Shown in pieces: positions 51,064 through 64,000 of a stretch of 64,000 nucleotides of DNA. Within the stretch, counting starts at the first letter, position 1; each line of letters opens with the position of its first letter. The notes beneath the pieces were generated by a model. The model did no database searches. It had not been told where the DNA came from and saw nothing but the letters and a program-made list of their open reading frames with translations. Both the position numbers and the translations under genes were made by a program. The stretch comes from the human T2T-CHM13v2.0 reference genome, Homo sapiens. The DNA lies in NCBI RefSeq assembly GCF_009914755.1, contig NC_060928.1. One strand, 5' to 3'.

Positions 51064-52724
51064 GGAGACCATGTCGGCACTTGGACATCCACCCTGACCT
51101 GGAAGCAATGAGGCAGGAACCCCTCCTCCCTCCCTGATAGGGTGATGTCAGAGAAAGTTTACTAGAGCATCACAGCATTCATTGCCTAGAGATAATGAGT
51201 TCACTTTCACCACAGTGTCAGTGGAGACCCACTGGGATCTAGAACTCCCACCCCTACTGGGTATATGACATCTCCACCTCGGCTGTCACTGAGTTGAGTG
51301 GGAACCCTGGGCTTCCTCCACTTGTAGTGATGAGGTGCTACTCTCCCTTATTTCATGTCAGAGTGGCGTCAGAGACAGCCAGTCAAAACATATGATTTAA
51401 GTAAGATCCACAGTCTCATAATGCAAAGGAGTCCAGGTTTAATAAAAAAAAAATCACTTATCATACCAAGAGCCTGGAAGACCTCAAGCTGAATGAAAAA
51501 AAAAAAAAAGGCTGTCAATAGATGCCAATGCCAAGATGACAGAGAAAGTAGAATTATGAGGCAAAGATTTTAAGGCAGACATGATAAAATGCTTCAACAA
51601 GTAATTTTGAACACGCTTTAAACAGATGAAAAAAAGAAAGCCTTAGCAGAAAGAAAAGATACAGAGAAGAACCAAGTAGATATCTTGGAACTGGAAGATA
51701 CAATAAAAGACATAAAAAGCTCAGTGGATGGGCTCAACAGCAGAATGGAGAGAACAGAGGAAAGAATCAATGAACCAGAAGACAGAGGGATGGGAATTAC
51801 TCAATCTGAAAAACAGAGAGAAAATGGACTGAAAACGAAGTGAACAGAGCCTCAGGGGCCTATGGGACTATCACAAAATCTCTTAAGAGTTATGTAATTG
51901 AAGTTATGGAAGCGGGAGGGAGAGGGGAAGAAAGCTGAAAACCAACTTAAAGAAATAATAGCTGAAAATGTCTCAATTTGGCAAGATACATAAACCTGCA
52001 GATTCAAGAATCCAAGCAAACCCAAAATAGGATAATCCCAAATAAATCCATGCCAAGACGCATCATAAACTTCTGAAAACTAAAAAAAAAAAAAAATCTT
52101 GAAAGCAGCAACAGAAAAATGACACCTTGCCTACAACCTCCTTCAATAAGCCAATGGCTAAGCAAACCATAATGTATCCATACCATGGAATACTAGTCAG
52201 CAATAAAAAAGAATAAACTGTTGATATATGCACCTGGATGAATCTCCAGAGAATTATGCTGAATTAAAAAAAAATAGCCAATTCTAAAATTGCAATTCCA
52301 AAATGCAATATTGTATAATTGCATTTGTTTAACATTCTTGAAATAACAACATTATAGAAAAGGAGAACAGACTAGTGTTTGCCATGGGTTAGGGAAGGGA
52401 TCAGGATGGGAGGAAAGTGGGGGTGGCTGTAAAAGTGCAACATGAGGAATCCTTGTGGGGGATGGGAATATTCTTTATCTTCGCTGTATCAGTGTCAATC
52501 TTCTGCTTGTGATAAGGTACTATAGTTTTGCAAGATGTTACCATTGTTACTCAGGAAATTGAGTGAAAGGTGTCCAATATTTCTCTGTACTACTTCGTAT
52601 AACTGCACATGAATCTATAATTATCTCAAAATAAAAAGTTTAATTTAAAAATTATTGGAAACAGCAAAGAGCTTACTTACATTGATTATATCTATTGATA
52701 TTTAGTGTATTAAAAACTAATCCA

Positions 52725-53022
<298 letters not shown>

Positions 53023-53037
53023 TCAACTAAACCAGAA

Positions 53038-53666
<629 letters not shown>

Positions 53667-54031
53667 TCATTTGAAAATAACAATGTAATATCATACCTAA
53701 TATATATTAACATGAATAGCATATATTTAGGAAATTGACTGTTTTCCAAAACAAAGAAAAATTAGTGAGAAAAGTGGCATTGTTTTTCATCTTTCAGATC
53801 TCTGTGATGTCTGGCTTAATAGAAGACTGCTGGATTCTCAAATTTGCTTCTGCATTCTATCTCTTACAATATGTTGTTTTAATTGAAGTATATTAAGACA
53901 ACTCAACCCCACTCGGAAGTGTAGTTGGAAAAGAGAAGAGCATTGTATTAGCCTTTCAAATTGTTGTAGATATTCTTTTTTAATACTACACAAAAAAATT
54001 GACAAGTGATACTTCTTTTTAAGATTAGTTA

Positions 54032-54329
<298 letters not shown>

Positions 54330-55394
54330 TTACTTGCAAGTTGCAATCTGAAACTATATCGATAAGCTTTTCATACTCTGTTACATTAAAATCCACTTAT
54401 CTATTTACTTTTGGCCTTGTGTTCCTGGACCCCTCTTTGAGAAGCCTTGCCCTAGAGTTCTTAGTCTGAGACCTGATATAAGTACCCAAAAATGCATTGA
54501 TTTGCTGATGGAATGTCAAAACCCTTTGTTCAAAAGACTATCCAAAGATTGAGCAAATGGAGTGATTACAGGTAGGGGAAAAAGGCTTCCTTAGAAGAAG
54601 TAAAAGTGAAAATACATAAGGTAGAATGCATGGCCTTTGCCTCTTTGGTGTTTCCTCAAGCTTGCCCCACGGTGATCTGTGTGCCATGATGCTGTAGTGT
54701 TTCCTTAAAGAGGAAAGGACTGTTCTGTCAGTACACAGGCACTGTGTGACATTTAAGCATATTTAAAAGACATTTTATTCTCTTCTCATAGATGAAGATG
54801 TTGAATGATTAAAATGGCTTGTACAGGGAAGCCCGAATGGAGACCAGGTGCCAGAATCCCTGACCCTCTCTTCCCCATTCATATCCCCAGCAGAGCCATG
54901 AATGGTCCTTTGCAGCTGCTGTTACCAGCTTAAACTTCGCTTCTCTCAACAAGAGAATAAAAGTTCCCCTGTGAGTCTAAATCCATGAAACAAATAGTTC
55001 TTTCCCTTTCACAGTGAATAGTAACCCAGAAGAACTCGCTGCCACAAGATATTATTATAGCAAATAACTAAGCAGGGATAAAAACAAGATCAGACACTGT
55101 CCAAACAGGGAAAACCATAGCAAACTTTCAAACCCATTTGCTCTGAAACACTAAATGGTCTCTAACTCAAATCTGGGATGACATCTCAGTAAGAGATGAT
55201 TAGGTGTGGTTTTTAGTTTTATTCTTTTTGTTAAGGAAAAGGTTTGCATTATTCTGAAACACTCTGGGCAAATCTAAGCAGGGATTTGTGTAAATTCTTA
55301 TGAAGGCCCTGCTGAGTTTTCACTTATAACTATAGACAAGAAGTGCAACTTCACTCTGTCTAGCTTATCCCTAAGGGAGCATGGGTATAGTGTA

Positions 55395-55530
55395 CCATAA
55401 CGACCTGTTTACCTGCTGGTTTCTCCCTCTGAGAACTCCTTGTAGGAAGGGGCTGTGGCTTTCGGACTCGACATCCCTACTGCTAGCACAGTAAGTCGCA
55501 CAGAATTGGTGCTTCATTTCTTGTTGAATT
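55395..55530 (+). mobile_element. L2 3' end
   Basis: ctgtttacctgctggtttctccctctgagaactccttgtaggaaggggctgtg...ttgttgaat. Confidence 0.55.
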
Positions 55531-56364
55531 TTAACAGATCACATTTAGCTAGTTAGACACTGAGACATTGTAAAGTAGGTAGATAGGAGCTTGCCATTCC
55601 AGGTTGTTCTAGAACTCTATGGAAAAATGTTCTGGGATTCCACAGAGGGGGAAATTCAGTTGTGTGTGATGTTGCTTTATCTGAATTTCCTCAATTATTT
55701 TCTGTTAAGCTTAATTTGTCAAGCAAAGGGGTTCGGGATGGATCAAAATCATGTCTCAAAATGCCTCTCTTCTCTCTTCCCTTAGGACCTTACTTCAGGC
55801 ACAAGGCTAGTATGCCATTAGAAATAATTTGAAACGACAGTTTTTAAAACCAGAAATTGTCTTCTTGGTATTATGCTATATCAGAAGCCAAGGGCTCCAG
55901 TCCCTTGAGGCATGTTGGAAATTGCTGCATAGATTGTAGCTCTCTCAATGGAAAAATATGGACATGAGATTATTGTCTTATACATTTTCTTTTCATTCTC
56001 ATGGGTTTTGTGAGTGTATGCATGCTTTAGAAGAGCTCTTAGTTAAATCCAATTACAACACTTTTAGCAACAACAATGAATCTCCACACAATAAAACATT
56101 TCCAAGCCCCAGCTGGTGGCCTACGTACAACAGCAATTACACAGTCCCCAGGTTTGTTCTAATGAGATTGGATTTGCGTTTGGGAATCCCTGAGGAATGT
56201 ATGAATAGAAGATTTTACTTTGGTTTGTGGCTGCTACTAGGGGTATATATATCATTGCTGCTAGATTTTTTTGCTCAAGTTGACTTCATTCATTTATTTT
56301 TTTCACTCAGTCATTACAACTACTATAAAATAGACACTACGCTAGACAACAAAAAATAATTTTT

Positions 56365-56460
56365 AGGAAAGCACTTATGCATTCCTTACTATAGGCCAGG
56401 CACTCTTCTAGATACTTTACTATATGATATCACTTAATCTCCTCACAATCCTGTAGGAAC
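56365..56460 (-). mobile_element. MIR fragment
   Basis: cttactataggccaggcactcttctagatacttta...atcacttaatctcctcacaatcctgt. Confidence 0.6.
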
Positions 56461-57039
56461 TTTATTAGACCCTGCCAGGAGTTTATAGTCTTTTGAAGGA
56501 GACAGGCACTTACACAGATGAATGTGGAACAATATGGCAGGTGCAGTGATGGGGCCATTCCATGGAATTATGGGGACATGGGAGGAAACGTGTGACTCAA
56601 CTTTCCCACAACACCAAGGTTGAGGGGAAGGTGAAGGATGCTTGAGCTATGACAAATTTCTTCTTTCATGTATAATTACTCTCATGATTTGAGAACATTC
56701 TTTAATATTTTATAACAGAGAATCCAATATATGCCACTATGTTTGCATATTTCTAAATATTTAAGTATTATAATTGGTTGTAAAATATACTTTCTCCTAA
56801 AAATGTGGACTAAATCTGGCTTCTGCTGTTTTGAGCAATCTATTGATTGAATCTGTATGGAAAGCTATGAGCTTTATTCTCAGAGAAATAAAAGTATGTG
56901 ATAATTAGTTGAAATTATTAGAAAGCAAATCTAAATATGTTAGGGTGTAATACCTTCACCAAAATTTGCAACATGGTGATTCACAATCTAAATCCAGATT
57001 CTAGATATGTTTTGTTGAGTATCTATGTTTGCAAAAATT

Positions 57040-57208
57040 TGAAATGTTGAAATATTCAGAAATTTCACATAAAAAATCGTAGGTTGATTTCTTATTAAAA
57101 TTGAGATGGTTTTATGTCCCTTAGGAACAAAATGGAATATCTGGTAACCTTGGGCCCACATTTTAACTTGAGCAACAACTGGCTAGCCCTAAGAAGTAGC
57201 TTCCTTAG
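57040..57208. mobile_element. MER102-like hAT fragment
   Basis: atttcacataaaaaatc...atctggtaaccttgggcccacatt...agcaacaactggct. Confidence 0.55.
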
Positions 57209-57329
57209 TATATAATGAGTTGGTCTTGGAAGGAAGAGAAGCCGGGGGCGAGGTGGGAGGGCATTAGAGACAGATTGTATAATATAAGAAAAGAGGAGGA
57301 TTTGTATGTGTGTGGTGAACTACAAGTGA

Positions 57330-58153
<824 letters not shown>

Positions 58154-58419
58154 TGAGGATGCTTAATCACTCGAGGACGGTATAAAGGTACAGAAGAGCA
58201 GCGAGCCACAGGTAAGACCTGTGGGTCCCCACACCACCAGCTTCCCATGCAGAAGCACACAGACCCTAACAACTCCTGGAAACATTGTGGCAGCTCAGAC
58301 CAAAGCCTGATTCTTGCCTTTTCAACAGGATGACTTTCTGTTAGTCATCATTTTCTTTCTCACATGCAATCTTCCTTCTATTCCTTCCTTGTTTTCCTTG
58401 TTATTTCATAATCCTCCCC

Positions 58420-59090
58420 CCTGAGGCTTTGAGAATATTATTATAAAATGCAACACTTAGAAAGAGGGCATAGAATGTATGTGTATGGTTTAAAGAAGAA
58501 TAACAAAATAAACATGCTGTACCCAGCTTGAGAAAAAGAATATTCAGATTATAATCTTCCCACTTTGATTTGCATCTCCCAGTCTCCCTCCTCCCAGAGG
58601 TAATAACCACTATTCTGAATTTTGTGGGTTTAGCACTTTTTTAAAATCACATATGATATCACAAAACGGTATTTTGCCTTCTTGCAGAGGGTCTTGGTAT
58701 AAATGGTATAAAACTGTGTATATTCTTTTTCATAGCCTTTTGTGACTGATGCTGTTTTTCAATATTCTGCTTTTGAGATTCTTTTTTTCTAATACACGCA
58801 GCTGTCATTCATTCTTTCAGTACTGTTTAGTCCTTTGCATACCACAATTTACCCATTCTCTTGTCAATGGACATTTGGGATGTTCCTGAGTTTTGACTCT
58901 AATGAACAGTATCTTCAAGAATATTCTTTTAAAAACTTTTTTATTTTAAATTTTTGTGGGTAAATAGAAGGTGCTTCATGAGTATTCTTCCCCATGTCTG
59001 TGGACAACATCTGCAACTACAGATATACCTAAAATTAGAATGCTGAATGGGTAGTCGTACTGGTTTCCAAAGGGGTTACACCAATTTATT
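58420..59090 (-). mobile_element. L1M 3' region
   Basis: cctcccagaggtaataaccactattctgaattttgtg; ccattctcttgtcaatggacatttggg; gatatacctaaaattagaatgctg. Confidence 0.78.
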
Positions 59091-59229
59091 TATATTTTAT
59101 TTTATTTTTTAAAGAGACAGGTTCTCTCCATGTTGCCCAGGCTGGTCTTGAACTCCTGAGCTCAAGCAATCTTCCCACCTTGGCCTCCCAAAGTGCTAGG
59201 ATTATAGACGTGAGCCATTGTGCCTGGCT
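59090..59229 (-). mobile_element. Alu left monomer (FLAM-like)
   Basis: Reverse left arm ending gagccattgtgcctggct. Confidence 0.92.
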
Positions 59230-59316
59230 GATGATACCAACTTATGATTTTACCTGGAATCATCATCTTTTTTAAGTTAAAAATGTCTGGTTTTTTTTTT
59301 TTTTTAAATCTGTATT

Positions 59317-59616
<300 letters not shown>

Positions 59617-60590
59617 TTAATTTTTAAGTAGAAAAAAAGTTACCCATGTCCTGTTACTCAGTTACCAAAAAATGATCATTTTCAGCATCTTTTCACTTGT
59701 ATTTTAACTTTTCCATTCCACATTCTTTCTCCCTTTCAATTAATTTGTTTTCCATACTTTCTTTCACATATCCCATTCTAAAAGCCAAAATACTCTTTAT
59801 ACTTTTAAAGCCTTGTTCTCTTTTACTGCTCTTCTTACTCAACTCCTCCCGCCCAACCCCCAACCCTATTCTCTGCCACAGTCCCTTAAGGAAGCACCAC
59901 CCAAGTTCCATCTCCAGGAACTCCCCTTGGATTCATAGGGTTAGAGCCAACTCCCAGCGTCAGAAAAGCAGAAGAGGGCAGGGTGCTGGTGGCCTCTGGA
60001 AAATCCCACCATTGGGCTCCCTGTTGAACTGAGTGCAGCCTGGTTCTTTTTCCTGTTTCTTTTTAACATGTGTCATCTGTAGAATTAGCCTGTGGGGCCC
60101 ACTGGATATCGGGTCTGTTGAACTCCCTGTCTGTTTCCTGAGCGGAAAGGTAAATAGCACTGGGGACTACTCAGTATTTCCCAGAGGTTATTTATGAATG
60201 CAGCTCAATGGCCTGCAAATAGAAGTATTTGCACAGTGAGGTGTCCTAAGGTAATGGGGAACACGGACTGCTCATTGCTAGAAACAAACAGCTGTGACCC
60301 TAACAGAAGGAGCAGACCAGGGCTTCCAAGTTCCCTGCCAGGGCAGAGGAAAGCCGAGCACTTCCATTTGTCCACAGAGAGTGTCAGGGAGGGATGCACA
60401 GGCCACACAGCGCCCAGGCGGGGCTGGGTCCCCTTTGCAGCTGGCAGTGCTCTCTACTCTGCTCCCAGCCACCTGGTGTTTGGGCATCTTGACTCTGGGC
60501 TGTATGTGGTGTCTCCCGCGAGCCTTTGTAATTAGTACTGCGGCAAACAGAGAAGGTGCCCTGAGCAGGTTTATCACTTGGCTTTATTTC

Positions 60591-60772
60591 CAGTGCTTCC
60601 TTACCCGGGGTGCCCATACCCTGGAATCACCAGGGGAGCTTTAAAAAAGACTGATGCCCGAGTCCCACCCTCAGAGATTCTGATGTAATGGGACAGGGGT
60701 AAGGTCTGGGCATCTGGATTTTTCAAAGTTCTCCAGATAATTCCGATGTGCGGCCAAAGCCAAGAAATGCTG
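60591..60772. mobile_element. MER5A-like hAT-Charlie
   Basis: gaatcaccaggggagctttaaaaaagactgatgccc...cagagattctgat...gcatctggatttttcaaagttctccag. Confidence 0.85.
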
Positions 60773-60849
60773 CCTAAACTCAAAGCTGAACAGTTCAGGG
60801 ATACCAAGGGACCATGCATTGTTTTTCACTTTGCTTTAATAACTACCAT

Positions 60850-61048
60850 TCCCTGAAGCCAGTGTCAGACAAGGTGCTAAGCTCTGAACACACATTAGCT
60901 CACAATGATTAACCCTACATTAAAGGTAAGGAAACAAAGGCTCAGAGAGGTTAAGGGACTCACTCAAGTTGACACAGCAAAAGGTCAGGTTTAAATTCTG
61001 ATATTTCTGACTCCCCTACCTGTCCTCCAGACCCTTCACCACACTGTC
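60850..61048 (-). mobile_element. MIR
   Basis: aggaaacaaaggctcagagaggttaagggactcactcaagttgacacagc. Confidence 0.8.
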
Positions 61049-61988
61049 TGAGGTAGCCTCTTGTTTGGAGGAATATCAAAGAGGGTTTGGAGAATGAGAG
61101 AGCCCTTTCACTTGATGCAGCAGGTTAGCGTGATTTAAAACATGAATGAGGGAGAGACAGAAGAATGCGAGGGAGTGAGGAAAGAGGAGGGAGTTGGCCA
61201 ATTTGAATTTGGGATCAAAATCCCCTTTACAAAGAAGCCTTTCTTTATGGAGATCAGAGAAGCCACAGTCATCTGCTACAATCTGAGGCCCATCTTGCTG
61301 TGGTGAGAGGCAGGCCTGTGCAGAACTCTGACACAGCCTTGATGACAGAGATGAGAAGCACTCAAGTTGCGCCCACAATGTCCACCAGACCCTTCAGTCT
61401 GGGGCCCTGGGATCAGCACAGCCCACTCTGCATAGTGCTGGGGATACTGATGCAATTCTGTGGGGCATAGCCAGGTTGGCCAGGAAGGAAGTGGAGAAGA
61501 GAGAGCTGGAAATCTGGTGGTGTGGCTTTAGTTTTTCTTATTATCTATTTTCTTGTGTATTAGTTTTTGATGAGAAAAACGAATATGCAAGTATTGATTA
61601 TTGTGTGAGCACTTATTCTACAAACTGTTGCTCTTGAATTTATCATCTGTACAAGGGCATTTATTATAGACTGAGAATCTATTTTAAAAATCACAACTAT
61701 AGACCTAAAGCTATTTATTAACATGTACGTCATTTGATCACCTAATTTATATGCAGTGTTTGAATGTATTTGGGGGCCTATTTACAGTAGGAATACTAAT
61801 TTTGCTCTTTTTGAGCCCAGATCCTCTGCTCTTTTAACCACTTCTAAAATTGTAGCATGTTTCTATCTATTTCCTATCACCAGAATTTAGAATAATGACA
61901 GAAACATTATGCTCAGCCAGCGCTCCCCATAACAATTGCAGTGCAGCCAAGCTGTTCTCCCACACTACCATTTCCTTGCCACGGCTTC

Positions 61989-62385
61989 TGTCTTAGCCCA
62001 TTTTCTGTTGCTATAACAGAATACCACAGACTGGGTAATTTATAAAGAAAAGAAGTTTATTTGGCTCATGGTTCTAGAGGCTGGGAAGTCCAAGAACATG
62101 GCGCCAGCATCTGGTGCGGGACTTTGTGCTGCATCATCCCACGGCAGAAGGGTGGACAGGAAAACCAGTGTTCAAAACAGAGAGAAAATGGGAGTTGAAC
62201 TTACTCTTTTATCAGGAACTCATTCCCACCATAACTATCTTATTCCCCTGATAGCAATGGCAATCCATTCGTGATGGCAGAGCCTTCATGACCTAATCAC
62301 CCTTTAAAGCCCCCACCACCCAATACTGCTACATTGGTAATTAACTTTCAACATGAGTTTTAGCGGGGACAGTCAAACCATATTG
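61989..62385 (-). mobile_element. MSTC/MSTD-like solo LTR
   Basis: tgtcttagcccattttctgttgctataacagaataccacagactgggtaatttataaag...caaaccata; TSD gcttc. Confidence 0.9.
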
Positions 62386-63353
62386 GCTTCTGTCCTGCCA
62401 TCATTCTAGATTGAAGCAGAGATGCCCACATCCTGACCTCTCAAGGCAGAGATTTATCTGGTTTGTTTGTTTTCTAAGTTGGGCCTGGAACATTACCTGA
62501 AAGCACCTGCATAAAACTGCTCCATCCCTGCTAAGGAGCTGGGTTTCTTGTATTCTCATCTCCCTGGCTAGAAAGTCATTACCCCAGATATCAGGGTCAG
62601 ACACAGCTCTCTACAATCACCGTTTTGGTGTATTTGTACATTTATGTTGAAGAGCCAGGAAATCCCAAGGAGTTGGCTTGCTGTTTCTCACTAAGTATAT
62701 TGAGTGCATACTACACCTTTTATGGAGATCCTGCCCAAGTCTTTCTAACTACAACACAAAGGATCAAAGACTCTTAGCTAATAGCAGCCAAAACACTATT
62801 TAGTTCTACTGTAATGATTCTCTCAAGTATTTCAATCATCTAGGTCATTGAAAAAGATTTTGAGAATGTTTGTGTCTTATCTCATCTTATAAAGTCAGAC
62901 TTAGAAAGTCTGAGCATGAGCATGTGTGTATGTGTGCATACATGGTTACACAGAAGAGTGACAATGGTTGTGACATAGGTGTAATAAGTAGCCATGGTTT
63001 TAGGATCTGACCATGGCTACTGTGGCATCATCATTTTGCTGACAAGCAAAGACATTTCTCAGACAGCATTTTTCTTCCCTCTCCAACAGTGGAATATACT
63101 GACTGGTGAATTCCCAAAGTGCTCACTCTTGGCTGCATGGGGTGAAGGTCTAGTTCTCTCTGGCCTCTTACTGGATCTTTGGTCCTATGATCCCTCTGCT
63201 GGGAGGACACTTAAAGCTAAATGCTAAATATGGTACCTGGGCATAGATACCCTGCATAAATATTGGGAGAAATGCTTTTTCCTTTGCTTGGCTTTTTCCT
63301 AGAGAGGCATAAAATTGTTGAGGAATGCAATACTTTGGAGGAGATAAAATTGC

Positions 63354-63647
63354 TTTTTTTTTTTTTCAGACGGAGTCTTGCTCTGTTGCCTAGGCTGGAG
63401 TGCAGTGGCACAATCTCGGCTTACTGCAAGCTCTACTTCCTGGGTTCATGCCATTCTCCTGCCTCAGCCTTCCGAGTAGCTGGGACTACAGGCGCCCGCC
63501 ACCACGCCCAGCTAATTTTTTGTATTTTTAGTAGAGATGGGGTTTCACTGTGTTAGCCAGGATGGTCTCAATCTCCTGACCTTGTGATCTGCCCACCTCG
63601 GCCTCCCAAAGTGCTGGGATTACAGGCGTGAGCCACCACTCCTGGCC
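63354..63647 (-). mobile_element. Alu (Y/Sc-like)
   Basis: gcaagctc, gccattctcc, gtgttagccaggatggtctc; TSD taaaattgc(tttt). Confidence 0.97.
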
Positions 63648-64000
63648 TAAAATTGCTTTTATTACCACAATTCAGACTCCCAAGCTTGAAGGTAAGACAA
63701 AGTTGTCTCTCATCAGGCCCACATAACAATGTGGCCTTGGCTTGTTTTTACTTCCTTGTGTGGAATTAGATGAGAGAGCTTTTGTTCCAGTTGAGTGCTA
63801 TGGAAATTGTGAAAAGGGAAAGCATAAAGAAACTGCCTATGAGATGGATGTGTCACCACAAGAAGACATTTGATCCCACCAAAAAACTAAATGGAGTAGG
63901 AATGTGGGGGAACGTAGAGCTACCACACTGCACAGCTCTTGGGGCACCAGTCACATTATCATCTATCTAAACATAATGATGACCTAAAACACTATTGACA

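Larger units (their letters stand above)
47605..52650 (+). mobile_element. L1MC-like element: 5' UTR plus ORF1 remnant fused to 3' UTR, hosting a CA tract and an MST provirus
   Basis: 5'-end-like sequence 47610-48130; ORF1-like 51500-52135 (gattcaagaa...aatcttgaaagcagc); 3' UTR 52137-52650 ending aattatctcaaaataaaaagtttaatttaaaa; aaattatt on both flanks. Confidence 0.75.

Overview
Primate (very probably human) genomic DNA, mostly intergenic. Bases 1-~900 look like the end of a + strand mRNA 3' UTR (two AATAAA signals, UGUA elements, a Pumilio site, a GU-rich downstream element); I cannot name the gene. No ORF in the track is credible as protein-coding. The rest is unique sequence interspersed with Alu, L1M, L2, MIR, MaLR LTR (MLT1/MST/THE1) and hAT-Charlie elements. 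Repeat families were recognised from memory of consensus sequences, so subfamilies and old-repeat boundaries are approximate. I found no demonstrable new biological system. The most notable observations are: (1) a three-way mosaic local duplication at 24.2-29.2 kb and a second non-tandem duplication at 37.8/39.0 kb; (2) an octamer-TATA-splice-donor promoter-like module at ~30.0-30.2 kb next to a perfect 21-bp duplication; (3) a multi-level transposon nest at 47.4-54.4 kb containing an L1 that jumps from ORF1 to its 3' UTR; (4) two full-length MST proviruses; (5) motif-dense candidate enhancers at ~5.5 and ~13.3 kb.
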